A stretch of DNA of 64,000 nucleotides from Candidatus Omnitrophota bacterium (GCA_043814315.1 JBDRKE010000005.1:28220-92219), one strand, 5' to 3'; shown: positions 9,901-25,403, numbered from the stretch's first letter. Numbers and translations: made by a program. Notes: generated from the letters alone by a model not told the origin.

Positions 9901-10554
9901 TTAAATTATAACTACAAACTCTCCGCGAACTTTTTGATTCTTTAGCTGCGCTAGTATGTCCCTGGCGCTGCCGCGTTTTACCTCTTCAAATTTTTTGGTC
10001 AACTCCCTGGCGCAGACGACGGGCTTATCCCCAAAAACCTCCTGGATATCCTCCAGGGTCTTTATAATGCGGTGGCAGGATTCATAAAACACAAGCGTGG
10101 ATTTGAGGCCGGCTAATGCCTTAAGGCGGTTTTTTCTCGCCAAAGGCCTGTTGGGCAAAAACCCTTCAAAGATAAATTCGTGCGCGGGCTTACCTGAAAG
10201 CACCAAAGCATTTACAAAAGCAGTAGCCCCGGGGATCACGGTCATTCCGATATTGTTCTTTATAGCTAAATTAATGAGATTGTAGCCGGGGTCCAGGATC
10301 CCGGGAGTGCCGGCATCCGAAACCAGGGCAATGTCTTTGCCTTCCTTTAAAAGGCCAAGCAGATACTCACCCTTGGTAAATCTATTGTGCTGAAAGAAAC
10401 TGGTGGTAGGGGTTTTTATCCCGTAGTGACCAAGCAGGATCTTCGTGTGGCGCGTATCCTCGCAGGCAATCAAATCAACGGATTCTAACACCTCAATAGC
10501 GCGAAAAGTTATATCCTTTAGGTTGCCTATGGGGGTGGAGACGATGTATAACAT
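9901..10554 (-). CDS. rsmI: 16S rRNA (cytidine1402-2'-O)-methyltransferase RsmI
   Basis: MLYIVSTPIGNLKDITFRAIEVL...CEDTRHT is the tetrapyrrole-methylase-family RsmI signature. The track ORF extends to 10611, but the first 19 codons lie in a repeat element and are probably not translated. Confidence 0.85.
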   Translation of the reverse strand: MLYIVSTPIGNLKDITFRAIEVLESVDLIACEDTRHTKILLGHYGIKTPTTSFFQHNRFTKGEYLLGLLKEGKDIALVSDAGTPGILDPGYNLINLAIKNNIGMTVIPGATAFVNALVLSGKPAHEFIFEGFLPNRPLARKNRLKALAGLKSTLVFYESCHRIIKTLEDIQEVFGDKPVVCARELTKKFEEVKRGSARDILAQLKNQKVRGEFVVII

Positions 10555-10643
10555 AATAAATCCAAATATCAAAGCACAAAATTCAAAATAACCACAAAAT
10601 CCAAAATCCAAAACAGGAAATCTTTTGTTTTGAAATTTGAATT
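10555..10643. repeat. CAAAAT/CCAAAAT-type intergenic repeat element (family A), partial copy
   Basis: tcaaagcacaaaattcaaaataaccacaaaatccaaaatccaaaa...ttttgaaatttgaatttta, imperfect inverted arms. Confidence 0.5.
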
Positions 10644-12482
10644 TTATTCCACCGTTACTGACTTAGCCAAATTACGCGGCTGGTCCACATCACAGCCTCG
10701 TTTTACGGCGATATGGTAGGCCAAGAGCTGCAGGGGCAGCACAACTGTCAAAGGAGAAAAGAACTCATCTATTTTGGGTATATAGATAACCTCGGGCGTC
10801 AATTCTTTTATGGTCTTATCGCCCTCGTTGGCGATAGCGATGATCTTGCCCCGGCGGCTATGAATCTCCTGGATATTAGAAATCATCTTTTCGTAAATCC
10901 TGGATTCTACGGCAATGCACACCACGGCCCGGTATTCATCGATAAGGGCGATAGGCCCGTGCTTCATCTCTCCGGCGGCATAACCCTCGGCGGGGATATA
11001 GGAAATCTCTTTGAGTTTCAACGCCCCCTCTAACGCCGAGGGGTAATTGACATTCCTTCCTAAGAACAGAAATGAACCGAAGTGCGAATGCCGATGGGCC
11101 AGCCTTGCGATAGCGCCTTGCCCCTTTAAGATCTCCTCCTGCAACTTAGGAATCTTTCTTAATTCCCTGATGTATTTGCTTATTTTATCCTGGGGCAAGG
11201 CCTTTTTTATGCCGCTTAAATAAAACGCAAAGATGTAAAGCGCAATAAGCTGGGCGGTATAAGCCTTGGTGGAGGCCACGCCGATTTCAGGGCCTGCGTG
11301 CGTGTAGATGATACCGTCGGATTCCCTTGTAAGGGTGGAGCCCAGGACATTGCAGATGGAAAGTATGGGCGCCCCGCGCTTCTTGGCCTCCCTAACCCCG
11401 GCCAGGGTATCTGCTGTCTCTCCGGACTGGCTGATGGCAATCACCAGGGTGTCTTTATCAATTAAAAGGTCGCGGTATCTAAATTCGCTTGAGACCTCAA
11501 CCGCTGTTGGTATAGCACAGATGGATTCCAAAATATATTTTCCCACTAATCCTGCGTGATAAGCGGTGCCGCAGGCCACAATAGAGATATTTTTTATATC
11601 CTTGAGCCTGCTTTCAGGGATATGCTGCTCTTCAAAGGCTATTGCATGAGTATCTTTTTGTATCCTTTGGCGTAAGAGGTTTTCTATGATGGCGGGCTGC
11701 TCATTGATCTCCTTAAGCATAAAGTGCTTGTAGCCCTGTTTCTGGGCTGAGGCAATATCCCAATGAATGCGCGTGCTCTTTTTCTGCAGCTGCTTGCCAC
11801 CCAGATCGCTGATTTTAACGCCACCGCGCGTTAAAACAACCATTTCGCATTCATCCAAGAATATAATGTCCTTGGTGCATTCTAAAATGGCAGGAACGTC
11901 TGAGGCAATGAAATTTTCTCCTTTTCCCAGGCCGACAATGAGAGGGCTGCCTAATCGGGCGCCCACGAGTTTATCCGGTTCTCTTTTGGAGATAACCCCT
12001 ATAGCAAAGGAGCCTTCTAATTTAGAAACCGCCTTTCTAACTGCTTCTTCTAAACTGCAATTCTTAAAAAACTTCTCAATAAGATGCACAATAACCTCAG
12101 TATCAGTTTGACTGACAAATTTATGGCCTTCTTTAATCAGGCCCTCTTTCAACTTAGCGTAATTCTCGATGATTCCGTTGTGCACAACCGCGATTTCGCC
12201 TTTACAATCAAGGTGAGGGTGGGCATTTATTTGATTAGGAGCTCCGTGTGTAGCCCATCTATTATGTGAAATCCCTAATCTTCCTACAAGGGGGTTTTTC
12301 TCTAAGATATGCTCTAGGTCTTTTATTTTCCCCGGAAGCTTACGGACTGAAAGCGCGTTTTTATTTGCTGACAGAACACACATTCCGCTAGAATCATAAC
12401 CGCGATACTCCAGGCGCCTGAGCCCATTTAAAAGAATGGGCTGCGCTTCCTTCTCGCCAATATAACCAATTATTCCGCACAT
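10644..12482 (-). CDS. glmS: Glutamine--fructose-6-phosphate aminotransferase
   Basis: MCGIIGYIG N-terminal nucleophile Cys, two SIS domains, 612 aa. Confidence 0.95.
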   Translation of the reverse strand: MCGIIGYIGEKEAQPILLNGLRRLEYRGYDSSGMCVLSANKNALSVRKLPGKIKDLEHILEKNPLVGRLGISHNRWATHGAPNQINAHPHLDCKGEIAVVHNGIIENYAKLKEGLIKEGHKFVSQTDTEVIVHLIEKFFKNCSLEEAVRKAVSKLEGSFAIGVISKREPDKLVGARLGSPLIVGLGKGENFIASDVPAILECTKDIIFLDECEMVVLTRGGVKISDLGGKQLQKKSTRIHWDIASAQKQGYKHFMLKEINEQPAIIENLLRQRIQKDTHAIAFEEQHIPESRLKDIKNISIVACGTAYHAGLVGKYILESICAIPTAVEVSSEFRYRDLLIDKDTLVIAISQSGETADTLAGVREAKKRGAPILSICNVLGSTLTRESDGIIYTHAGPEIGVASTKAYTAQLIALYIFAFYLSGIKKALPQDKISKYIRELRKIPKLQEEILKGQGAIARLAHRHSHFGSFLFLGRNVNYPSALEGALKLKEISYIPAEGYAAGEMKHGPIALIDEYRAVVCIAVESRIYEKMISNIQEIHSRRGKIIAIANEGDKTIKELTPEVIYIPKIDEFFSPLTVVLPLQLLAYHIAVKRGCDVDQPRNLAKSVTVE

Positions 12483-12523
12483 AGCTTCATCATGGTAAGG
12501 TTTACCCCGGAAAGGACGAGGGC

Positions 12524-14005
12524 TTACTTTAATCTAAAAATTAATCCCAGGCCGTCTTCCGCCATTACTTCAAATCGAGGATCAGGCCTGATCTGATGAA
12601 TCAACCCCGAAAAATAATTCTTTCCCACGTAGCCGTAGCGCGTGTCAAACTCATCCCGGAGCGCCGCATAAGGATCAGGACTCCTTCCAAAGGCAATATC
12701 CCGATACAGATTATATTTCTTAGAATTCCAGTAATACATGTAAATAGGGTCAAGCGTCACAAAATAGTCGTTTTGAGGATTGACGCCGATTAAGTATTGG
12801 GAATCAGACCAGTTGGAATGAAAAATCGTCTCCCCTGCCGGAATATTTTGCGCCATCCATGCCCCTACCGCCTGGAAGTGCCCGTTGTAAACCGCTTCTA
12901 CCTGGGCAAGCTTAGAAAAAGCGCGATAGGTGCGCGCCCCCATCAAGGCTAACAGCAAGACAACTCCTATCCCTAAACTCCACCTTAACCCCCTGCTTCT
13001 CTTCAACGCAGGCAGGCGCCCTTCCCCTTGCCACCAGTCAGACACATAAGAAGCCAGCGCAATTAATATTAGGGGATAGCCGTGGGTAATGTAGCGCTGA
13101 GAAAAAAATGAAAACACAAAGAAAAAGGCGGCAACAGACATCCAGATGGCTGTTGAGGGCCTCACCTTACTTTTCTGGCTCGCCCCTAAGGATATGAAAA
13201 GAATCACTGCGATGATAATAAAAGGGTGCTCCAGGATATAGTCCCTCGTGCTGATGGGGAAAAACTCTGCTCCCAGCTCCAGGCCCCATTTCAGCGCAAA
13301 GACGGGCACCAGAATGCCATTTAAATAAAAGATGAGCAGATTGTTAGGAAAGTTGGGGTGTATTAAAAATCCCAATACAAGACCGAGGGCAACCGCCCGT
13401 AAAGAACGCCAGTAAAATTCTTTGCTGTTAGCAAAGCGCGCCGATTCCGCGAGCACCGCAAACACAAGCAGATAAGGGCTGGAAACATGGCTGAGCGCGT
13501 AAACAACCGTAATAATAAATAGCGCTACTTGCTTTTTCAGTATTAAAAAATGGATGAAGAGCAGGGTGAGCCCCATGACCAGAACCATGTTTCTGGCCTG
13601 GCTTATAGCCTGCACAAATGGAGCCGAACACAAGAACATGAACAAAAAAACAGGAATTAGGTTTTTTGTCGGACAGTAGCGCCTGAGCATCCAAAAATAC
13701 ACCAGATACAAAAAAACAGTCCACAGGCAGGCACTTATCTTGCCTGCCATAATCATATTGGGCAAAAGAGTGAAAGGGATAAGCGCTACGTGATAGAGAA
13801 GGTCTTTATCGGCGAAGTTTTTGGCAAAGGTAGAGTAGCGGGCCCAGTGGAAATCGTATCTTAGGCCCTTTTCGCGGATGAACTGGGCCATGCGCATATG
13901 CAGATACCCGTCTGCTCCGAAAAGCGTAGCAATCGAAAACTGCGCAACGACCAAAACAGCGATGCTTAACAAAAGAACGGCGGTGAGCGTTATTTTATAT
14001 GGCAT
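12524..14005 (-). CDS. Polytopic membrane protein, GT-C fold glycosyltransferase-like (GT39/GT83 ArnT/PMT-like)
   Basis: 493 aa with many hydrophobic helices. The N-terminal loop FADKDLLYH is an acidic motif typical of GT-C enzymes. Confidence 0.4.
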   Translation of the reverse strand: MPYKITLTAVLLLSIAVLVVAQFSIATLFGADGYLHMRMAQFIREKGLRYDFHWARYSTFAKNFADKDLLYHVALIPFTLLPNMIMAGKISACLWTVFLYLVYFWMLRRYCPTKNLIPVFLFMFLCSAPFVQAISQARNMVLVMGLTLLFIHFLILKKQVALFIITVVYALSHVSSPYLLVFAVLAESARFANSKEFYWRSLRAVALGLVLGFLIHPNFPNNLLIFYLNGILVPVFALKWGLELGAEFFPISTRDYILEHPFIIIAVILFISLGASQKSKVRPSTAIWMSVAAFFFVFSFFSQRYITHGYPLILIALASYVSDWWQGEGRLPALKRSRGLRWSLGIGVVLLLALMGARTYRAFSKLAQVEAVYNGHFQAVGAWMAQNIPAGETIFHSNWSDSQYLIGVNPQNDYFVTLDPIYMYYWNSKKYNLYRDIAFGRSPDPYAALRDEFDTRYGYVGKNYFSGLIHQIRPDPRFEVMAEDGLGLIFRLK

Positions 14006-14013
14006 ATATTTAA

Positions 14014-14088
14014 TGACCCCGACGGGATTTGAACCCGTGTCGAGAGCTTGAAAAGCTCTTGTCCTAGACCGGGCTAGACGACGGGGTC
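14014..14088 (-). tRNA. tRNA-Glu (anticodon TTC)
   Basis: Cloverleaf read by hand: acceptor GACCCCG/CGGGGTC, anticodon loop TTTTCAA, T-loop TTCAAAT. Confidence 0.85.
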
Positions 14089-14091
14089 ATA

Positions 14092-17000
14092 TTATTCTTC
14101 TTCTATAATGACGGGGGCCACGCAGGAAACCCGGTCTTTAGGCTGCAACCTGATAAGGCGCACCCCCTGCGCAGACCTGCCGGTGGTGCGGATATCTTTT
14201 ATGGCGCAGCGCAGGAAAATGCCGTTTTGCGTAATGGCCATCAACTCGTCATTATCGCCAACCGACTTAAGGCTGATCGCTTCACCATTTTTCGCGGTCA
14301 CCTTCATATTAATAACGCCCTTGCCTCCCCTGCTGGTGAGACGGTACTCTTTGATGGGCGAGCGCTTGGCAAAACCTAATTCTGTCACGGTTAAAACGGT
14401 AGAGTCTTTTTGGGGGACCACCATACCGATCACTTCATCCTTCTTGGCCAAAGAAATGGCGCGCACGCCGTGCGCCCCCCTTCCCATGTCCCGCACCTTG
14501 CTTTCTGAGAATCTCAAGGCCTTGCCCTGACGCGTGCCAATGAGCAGCTCCTGTTTTCCGTCGGTCAACTCGACACCGATCAACTCGTCATTCTTATCCA
14601 AAGTGATTCCGATAATGCCGGCCTTGCGCGGGTTGCCGTAGGCGTCCAGTTTCGTCTTTTTGATCTGGCCGAGTTTCGTCACCATCACCAGGTACTTGTC
14701 CTCGGAAAATTCCTTTACGGGGATAGTCTTGCTTATTTTAACGCCTGGCTCCATCTGCACCAGATTCACAATGGCCTTTCCTTTAGTGGTGCGGCTAGAC
14801 TGGGGGATCTCGTAAACCTTAAGCCAGTGCACCTGGCCTTTGTCCGTAAAAATCAAAAGGTAGTCTCGGGTTGAGGCGATAAACAGATGCTCCACGAAAT
14901 CCTCTTCTTTAACCTCCGCGCCCGTCACGCCTGATCCGCCGCGCCTCTGTTTGCGGTAGGCACTGACCGGCAAACGCTTGATGTAGCCACCGTGGCTGAT
15001 GGTGACAACCACGTCCTCTTCGGCGATTAAATCTTCTATCTCCAGCTCTTCTACCTCAGCCACGATATCGGTCCTGCGATCATCTGCGTATTGCTTTTTT
15101 AGGCCCTCCAGTTCCTCCTTGATGATGCCTTCGATTTTTTTCTCGGAGGCAAGGATCGCCTTGCAGAGCTCTATCTTCTTAAGGAGCTCGGCGTATTCAG
15201 CGTCAATCTTGTCCCTCTCAAGGGCGGTTAGGCGCTGCAGCTGCATCTCCAAGATCGCCTGCGCCTGAATCTCGGAAAGGCCAAACTCCTTCATCAAGCG
15301 CTCTTTAGCCGCTTCAACGCTCTTAGAGGCTTTAATCACCTTAATGATCCTATCAATAAATTTCAAGGCGATCTTTAAGCCCTCTAAAATATGGGCGCGC
15401 TTTAAGGCCTTGTCCAGCTCAAACTGGGTGCGCCTGCGGACAATCACCTTGCGATGCTCAACATAAGCATCCAGCACCTGCTTTAAATTCAAAACCCGCG
15501 GCCGGTTTTCCACCAGAGCGAGCATGATCACGCCAAACGTTGTTTTAAGCTGCGTGTGCTTAAAGAGTTGGTTCAAGACAATCTGCGATTCGGCATCCCG
15601 CTTAAGCTCGACGACCACGCGCATACCTTCCTTGTCAGACTCATCTCGAATATCAGAAATGCCCTCGATCTTCTTCTCATCCACCAGGCCTGCTATGGCC
15701 TCGATGAGGCCTGCCTTTTGAACCTGATAAGGGATCTCTGTAATCACGATAAAGTCCTTGCCGTTTTTCTGATGCTCAACGGTTGCCCGGGCACGCACCG
15801 TAAGCTTGCCCTTGCCTGTGGTGTAGGCATCCTTGATGCCGGCTTTCCCGCAGATGACTCCCCCCGTCGGAAAATCAGGGCCCTTGATATAGCGCATCAG
15901 GTCTTTGAGTTCTGCCTCAGGATGGTCCAGCAGATAAATGATGGCATCCGCCACTTCCTTCAAGTTGTGCGGCGGGATATTAGTAGCCATGCCTACGGCA
16001 ATACCGCTTGAGCCGTTCACTAATAAATTGGGAAGAGCCGCAGGCAATAAAAGGGGTTCTTGCAGGGAGGCATCAAAGTTCGGGCCGAAATTTACAGTAT
16101 CCTTGTCAATATCAGCCAGCATCTCGTCGGAGATTGCAGCGAGCCGCGCCTCCGTGTTATGGCTTATAAAGCCATTTGACACAAAGGAGTGACAAGGACT
16201 ATCAACTTTTATTGAATAAACCCTCTGCTTGCCAGAATCTTCAACAAAAGCAACTCTATCAAATATGTACTTATTTTCCCTCAAGGTCTCAAATAACCCT
16301 AGGTCTTCTTTATCAAGAGCTCTGGTTAGTCTCGGCCAATACTTCTCTATTTTTACATATCTGTCGATATTGTGTTTCTTAAGCCATTCTATGTGTCCAC
16401 GGTATTTTTTGTTGCACCTACTACTTTTTCTGCGGATATAATCAGCTATAAAGGGTATAAAATCCGTTTTCGACATATTCCATCCATCGCTGTTGCGATT
16501 ACAGATATTTGTTATCTTCTGGCGGCTTTCCTTTGTGCTAAAATTTATTTCATTTTTGAATAGCCCGAGGTTGACGTGCCCCCTAATATACAATCTAAAA
16601 TAGCGTTTCTGTTTATGAAACCTGAGCCAAGAATCAATCCCAAATCTTAATAGTAAAATCTGTAATTCTTGGAGCAATTTTTCACTGGTTGATATAAAAC
16701 TAATATCGGGATTTCTTTTACCAATACAAACGCTGCCATCTCCTTCCGCATATCCTTTTATAAATGAGCTTACCGATTTTCGTGAAGATTTAAAAATGAT
16801 AGGGGGCACCTTTTTCTTTTGAGCACGAGACTGTAGCAGACCGATATTTTTTAAAAATTCCCTAACTTGGCTTGAATGAATTTCCAAGTAAACACAGTTC
16901 TTTTTACCGAAACCAGGCGGCTTCCTCACGAATTCATGCAGTCGGCAATCAGGAAATACTTTTTTAAAGCTTAGCTTAAATTTATCTATAAACTCTTTAT

Positions 17001-17844
17001 CGCCATTGCAGAAATCAATGTGCTTTTTGCTTATAGACCCCTCCGCAATTATTGCCCCCAAAATAAAAGCGAGGTCTTTATTCATGGCACGAGGGAGCCT
17101 GTGCTTCTGCGCCCGATTTTTAATCTCTGGATAATATTGTTTTAGCGAAAGCTCTTCTTTAGGAAATAATACACTGCTCCTACTTATCACAGTACAGTCA
17201 CCAATTTTTACCTGGCTTAATAATTTCCAGACAAATTTTGGCTTGAAACTATTTCTCTCCCATACAAGAATGGGATGATTAAGGCTGCCGCATAAACTAA
17301 AACCTCTAAAAGTGGTAATTTTCTTAGTTGGGTGCTCTCCAGAATCAAACCACCTTGATACATGATTTATTTTATTATTTAGAGAGAGCGTGTGAAAATT
17401 GGCTTTTGAATGATGGGATATATCATTTATTCTTTGCAGCCCTTGCTCCGTAATAATGAAAGTGTCCCCCGAGACGCAGTAGCGCATCGCGGCAGCGGCG
17501 TCCCCGTCGATTGATCCAAAATTTCCTTGGCCCTCTACCAGTGGATAACGCAAAGAAAAATCCTGCGCCATGCGCACTAAGGTATCATAGACTGCTACAT
17601 CTCCGTGAGGGTGATATCGGCCAAGCGTATCTCCAACGATGCGCGCGCATTTTTTATAAGGCTTATCATGCTCGAGATTCAAATCTTTCATCGCAAATAA
17701 GATTCTGCGATGCACCGGCTTTAAGCCGTCGCGCACATCCGGAAGGGCGCGGCCTACAATTACGCTCATGGCGTAATTTAGATATGAGTCCTTTACCTCT
17801 TCTTCAATATAAACAGGAATTATTTTTTCGTTGCGGGTATACAT
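14092..17844 (-). CDS. gyrA: DNA gyrase subunit A containing a 441-aa intein
   Basis: N-terminus has the AAAMRY active-site Tyr followed directly by Cys. The extein resumes as ...HN|[13 protein letters not shown]. Extein length 809 aa. Confidence 0.95.
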   Translation of the reverse strand: MYTRNEKIIPVYIEEEVKDSYLNYAMSVIVGRALPDVRDGLKPVHRRILFAMKDLNLEHDKPYKKCARIVGDTLGRYHPHGDVAVYDTLVRMAQDFSLRYPLVEGQGNFGSIDGDAAAAMRYCVSGDTFIITEQGLQRINDISHHSKANFHTLSLNNKINHVSRWFDSGEHPTKKITTFRGFSLCGSLNHPILVWERNSFKPKFVWKLLSQVKIGDCTVISRSSVLFPKEELSLKQYYPEIKNRAQKHRLPRAMNKDLAFILGAIIAEGSISKKHIDFCNGDKEFIDKFKLSFKKVFPDCRLHEFVRKPPGFGKKNCVYLEIHSSQVREFLKNIGLLQSRAQKKKVPPIIFKSSRKSVSSFIKGYAEGDGSVCIGKRNPDISFISTSEKLLQELQILLLRFGIDSWLRFHKQKRYFRLYIRGHVNLGLFKNEINFSTKESRQKITNICNRNSDGWNMSKTDFIPFIADYIRRKSSRCNKKYRGHIEWLKKHNIDRYVKIEKYWPRLTRALDKEDLGLFETLRENKYIFDRVAFVEDSGKQRVYSIKVDSPCHSFVSNGFISHNTEARLAAISDEMLADIDKDTVNFGPNFDASLQEPLLLPAALPNLLVNGSSGIAVGMATNIPPHNLKEVADAIIYLLDHPEAELKDLMRYIKGPDFPTGGVICGKAGIKDAYTTGKGKLTVRARATVEHQKNGKDFIVITEIPYQVQKAGLIEAIAGLVDEKKIEGISDIRDESDKEGMRVVVELKRDAESQIVLNQLFKHTQLKTTFGVIMLALVENRPRVLNLKQVLDAYVEHRKVIVRRRTQFELDKALKRAHILEGLKIALKFIDRIIKVIKASKSVEAAKERLMKEFGLSEIQAQAILEMQLQRLTALERDKIDAEYAELLKKIELCKAILASEKKIEGIIKEELEGLKKQYADDRRTDIVAEVEELEIEDLIAEEDVVVTISHGGYIKRLPVSAYRKQRRGGSGVTGAEVKEEDFVEHLFIASTRDYLLIFTDKGQVHWLKVYEIPQSSRTTKGKAIVNLVQMEPGVKISKTIPVKEFSEDKYLVMVTKLGQIKKTKLDAYGNPRKAGIIGITLDKNDELIGVELTDGKQELLIGTRQGKALRFSESKVRDMGRGAHGVRAISLAKKDEVIGMVVPQKDSTVLTVTELGFAKRSPIKEYRLTSRGGKGVINMKVTAKNGEAISLKSVGDNDELMAITQNGIFLRCAIKDIRTTGRSAQGVRLIRLQPKDRVSCVAPVIIEEE
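16156..17478 (-). mobile_element. GyrA intein with LAGLIDADG homing endonuclease domain
   Basis: Starts with Cys immediately after the catalytic Tyr (MRY|C) and ends in HN before Thr. Two LAGLIDADG-like motifs: [15 protein letters not shown] and [12 protein letters not shown]. Confidence 0.85.
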
Positions 17845-17879
17845 TTCTTGCCTCGTAAGTGGTTCTGAAAAATCTAAAT

Positions 17880-18010
17880 ACTACCAATACTACCCAACAA
17901 ATCCCTGCCTTGCCGGCAGGCAGCCAAAATCCCAAATCCAAAAAGTAAGTTTGGGATTTGGAAACTGGGGATTGTTTTTGGTTTTGGATTTTGACATTTG
18001 AATTTTAATA
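17880..18010. repeat. Family A repeat element between gyrA and gyrB
   Basis: GC palindrome ctgccttgccggcaggcag followed by ccaaaatcccaaatccaaaa...tttgggatttgg...ttttggttttggattttg inverted arms. Confidence 0.6.
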
Positions 18011-22047
<4,037 letters not shown>

Positions 22048-23139
22048 TTAACTGAGCCGCATAGGCAAAACAATATAAACGTAGCCGTCGCTACGTATCA
22101 CCCCGGGCTGCTCGCTGTCTGTCAACTCAAGACTTATCTTATCGTCGGTGAGATTTTTTAAAACATCTATCAGGTAGTTGGGGTTAAACCCTATAACCAT
22201 CTCTTTCCCCTGATAATCTACAGGCACTTCTTCCCGTGACTCACCCACATCAGGAGTCGATTTAGAAAGAACAAGCTTGTTTTTAAAAACCTCCAACTTG
22301 ACAGCTTGGTAGTCTGGCGTGGAAAGCAAGGAGGCTCTTTTGACAGCTAATAAAAACTCGGTTCGCTCCGCTTTTAAAAGATTATCCGACGCCGGGGGAA
22401 TAACTTGCCGGTAATCCGGAAACTCTCCCTCAATAAGACGCGAAATAATAATAATATCCCCCAGGTCAAACATGGCCTGGTTTGTGCCGAGCACAAGTGA
22501 TAGCTCTCCTTGATCCTGGAGGTTACGATTTAACTCATGAATGGTTTTAATGGGCACAATAATATAAATATCTTTATCTATATTATGGTTTAGCTTTTTT
22601 TCTATAATAGCAAGCCTCTTACCGTCCGTAGCCACTAGAGAAAAAATATTTTTATTAATTTTAAATAGTATTCCATTTAAAATATAGCGTGTTTCATCAA
22701 AAGATACCGCGAAAGAAGTGAGATTTAACATTTGCTTGAGTAGGGATTGCTCAAGCTTAATAACCTCTTGATCTTTAAATTCTGGGAGTTTAGGAAACTC
22801 CTCTTTTCCTAACCCCATTATTTTAAACTGGCAAGACTTAACATCAATCGTCACTAGGTTGTTCTTTTTTGTGGTAACATCAATATTATCAGAAGGTAAC
22901 TCCCTGATAATATCTCCAAATCTTTTGGCGGGCACTGTAATGGACCCTGGCTCTTGGATATCCACAGGCACCACACAGCTTATTCCTATATCTAAATCCG
23001 TAGCGGTTAACTTTAACCCATTAGATTGAGCTTCTAATAAAACATTAGAAAGTATTGGTAAGGCTGCTTTTGTAGTAATAACGTTTTGCACGGTTTGTAT
23101 GCCGCTCAATAAAATATCTTTTTGTACTTTGAATTTCAT
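22048..23139 (-). CDS. dnaN: DNA polymerase III beta sliding clamp
   Basis: MKFKVQKDILLSGIQTVQNV...; 363 aa; dnaA-dnaN synteny. Confidence 0.95.
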   Translation of the reverse strand: MKFKVQKDILLSGIQTVQNVITTKAALPILSNVLLEAQSNGLKLTATDLDIGISCVVPVDIQEPGSITVPAKRFGDIIRELPSDNIDVTTKKNNLVTIDVKSCQFKIMGLGKEEFPKLPEFKDQEVIKLEQSLLKQMLNLTSFAVSFDETRYILNGILFKINKNIFSLVATDGKRLAIIEKKLNHNIDKDIYIIVPIKTIHELNRNLQDQGELSLVLGTNQAMFDLGDIIIISRLIEGEFPDYRQVIPPASDNLLKAERTEFLLAVKRASLLSTPDYQAVKLEVFKNKLVLSKSTPDVGESREEVPVDYQGKEMVIGFNPNYLIDVLKNLTDDKISLELTDSEQPGVIRSDGYVYIVLPMRLS

Positions 23140-23271
23140 CTTCTTCTCCTTTTAATTATAATATATTAAAATAGTAGTCGTAGTAATGGGTTTTGTTTGT
23201 GTTGAAAAGTTTCTAACCCTAAGAGCTTATGAAGAGATAGGGTTAGAATTTCATTGGGATAACCCTTGAAT

Positions 23272-24615
23272 TTATTGTTTAATAATTTGAATAACATGCT
23301 CTACTTTTTGTTTTAAGGCCTCATTCGTATTCAAGCCCCCCTTGATTTTATTATAAGAGTGTAAGACGGTCGTGTGATCTTTTCCCCCAAAATGGTCTCC
23401 TATCTCAGGCAAAGACAGCTCTGTCAACTCTCTGCTTAAATACATCGCAACCTGGCGCGGGAGAACAATGTTTTTGTGGCGGCGCTTGGTCTTAAGCTCA
23501 TGCAGTGATACCCCGAATTCTTCAGACACGCAACGCTGTATAAAATCTACCGTGATAAGCCTCTTGGGTTCTTTTAACAAGTCCTTTAAAACCTCTTTGG
23601 CCAGGCCCAACGTGATGGGCTCTTCTTCTAGTAAAGAATAGGCGATGGTGCGGATCAGCGCCCCCTCTAACTCCCTAACATTTGTTTTAATGAGTTGGGC
23701 GATGAAAAAAATCACTTCATCCGGAACGGTTACAGGCTCTCTTTCAATCTTTTTCTTTAAAATAGCCACGCGCGTTTCTAAATCAGGCGGCTGGATATCT
23801 GTGGTGAGCCCCCAACCAAAGCGCGAGACAAGCCTATCTTGCAAATTGGCAATTTCCTTAGGGGGTCGGTCAGAGGAAAAAACAATCTGTTTATGGGAGT
23901 CGTAAAGCGTATTAAAGGTATGGAAGAACTCTTCTTGGGTTGACTCTTTCCCTGCGATGAAATGGATATCGTCTATCATCAGGACATCCACATTTCTGTA
24001 TTTTTGCCGGAAGCGAGAAGTCGAATGATGCTGGATGGCGTCGATGAGTTCATTAGTAAATTTTTCCGACGATAGGTAGCAAATTTTAGGGTTGCCCGTA
24101 GATTTGCTGAGTATAAGGTTACAGATAGCCTGGATAAGATGGGTCTTGCCCAGGCCCACCCCCCCGTAAATAAATAAAGGATTGTACGCTTTAGCAGGAG
24201 AATCGGCAACCGCTAAAGAGTAAGCGTGAGCATGCCGGTTAGACGAACCCACAACAAAATTTTCGAACGTATAGCGCGCATTCAGGCTGGAGGTGTCGTG
24301 ATGCCCGGCAGCCTTGATGGTCAGGCCCGCCGGATTTAATGGGTCGCGCACTTCCCGTTTCTCTTTGATGCCGGATTCAAAAGATACGGCGATTTCTTGC
24401 TGGGAAGATACATGGCTCAGCGCCTGCTGGATGATGAGGCTATAATGTTTCTCGACCCACTCTCGAAAGAAATCATCCGGGGCCTCTAGAACTAAACCGT
24501 TCTTATTTTTTGTGCGCGGCGTTAAGGGCAAAATCCAGGTTTCAAAAACCGTATCCCCTAACCGTTCTTTTAAGAACCCATGTGCCTGCTGCCAGGCTTG
24601 GAGAATATCAGCCAT
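23272..24615 (-). CDS. dnaA: Chromosomal replication initiator DnaA
   Basis: AAA+ domain with GGVGLGKTHL Walker A, C-terminal DNA-binding domain, 447 aa. Confidence 0.95.
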   Translation of the reverse strand: MADILQAWQQAHGFLKERLGDTVFETWILPLTPRTKNKNGLVLEAPDDFFREWVEKHYSLIIQQALSHVSSQQEIAVSFESGIKEKREVRDPLNPAGLTIKAAGHHDTSSLNARYTFENFVVGSSNRHAHAYSLAVADSPAKAYNPLFIYGGVGLGKTHLIQAICNLILSKSTGNPKICYLSSEKFTNELIDAIQHHSTSRFRQKYRNVDVLMIDDIHFIAGKESTQEEFFHTFNTLYDSHKQIVFSSDRPPKEIANLQDRLVSRFGWGLTTDIQPPDLETRVAILKKKIEREPVTVPDEVIFFIAQLIKTNVRELEGALIRTIAYSLLEEEPITLGLAKEVLKDLLKEPKRLITVDFIQRCVSEEFGVSLHELKTKRRHKNIVLPRQVAMYLSRELTELSLPEIGDHFGGKDHTTVLHSYNKIKGGLNTNEALKQKVEHVIQIIKQ

Positions 24616-25045
24616 CTCAGGTTATGTACAGAATTAACAGCTTATTCACAACTTGTATAAATCTGTGGAAAACCAAAAACCATGCAAAAGCCAGTTTTAT
24701 TATACCCGCGCTAAGATAACCTGCAAGCCTCCCAAGAAATATACTTTAAAATACCATGGAATTTTAAACGAGGCAAGTAAAAAACATGTGTCCCTTTTTC
24801 ATGAGACGTTTAGCTATTATACATTAAATTTTTTTCCCGTCAACAAAAAAGGTAAATCATGAAAAAGCCTGGCCTGTTAACAATGCGCGGCCTCTTGTTT
24901 ATCTTGACCGCGACTTCTTTATTGATATAATAGGGCCTTCTACAACACGCAGCTTGGCCGGCTGGCTTTAACATACGAATGTGTTGACTTCAGGCGGCTT
25001 TGTGTTATAATTGGAAAACACATTTAAACCTATTGGGTAAAGCCG
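24616..25045. other. Putative oriC region between dnaA and rpmH
   Basis: 430 bp non-coding and AT-rich. DnaA-box-like nonamers are present (TTATTCACA at 24640, TGTGGAAAA, TGTGTTATAA), each with 1-2 mismatches to TTATCCACA. Location is the canonical rpmH-dnaA junction. Confidence 0.45.
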
Positions 25046-25177
25046 ATGAAAAAAAATTTAAATACTCCTACAAATATCGTCGGGAAACGTAGACACGGCT
25101 TTCGTAAGAAGATGGCCACTTCAGCCGGCCGCCGAACCCTGTCGCGTCGCCGCCGTAAGGGAAGAAAAAGACTTTAG
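25046..25177 (+). CDS. rpmH: 50S ribosomal protein L34
   Basis: [43 protein letters not shown]; 43 aa. Not in the ORF track because it is under 60 aa. Confidence 0.9.
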   Translation: MKKNLNTPTNIVGKRRHGFRKKMATSAGRRTLSRRRRKGRKRL

Positions 25178-25183
25178 TGTTTT

Positions 25184-25399
25184 ATGTTGAGCAAAATCGC
25201 CGCTAAACTTATCCGCGGGTACCAGGTGTCCTTGCGGATCATTTTGCCAATTTCCTGTCGTTTTACGCCCGGCTGTTCCGAGTACGCCTTGCAAGCCATT
25301 ACAAAATACGGTTTTTTGCGAGGGAGCTTTAAGGCGGGCAAGAGGCTTTTGTCCTGCCACCCTTTTTCAGGACAATCAGGGTATGATCCGGTAGAATAA
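25184..25399 (+). CDS. yidD: Membrane protein insertion efficiency factor YidD
   Basis: 71 aa with the conserved Cys/His hemolytic-domain pattern. Lies immediately after rpmH; no rnpA lies between them. Confidence 0.8.
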   Translation: MLSKIAAKLIRGYQVSLRIILPISCRFTPGCSEYALQAITKYGFLRGSFKAGKRLLSCHPFSGQSGYDPVE

Positions 25400-25403
25400 A
25401 AGT

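Noticed and set aside
10555-10611. N-terminal extension of the rsmI track ORF (MDFGFCGYFEFCALIFGFI)
   Set aside because: Lies within a family A repeat element; the conserved RsmI N-terminus begins at the Met at 10554.
13428-13724. 98-aa minus-strand ORF inside the membrane glycosyltransferase-like gene
   Set aside because: Alternative frame of the longer 493-aa ORF, which has coherent TM topology.
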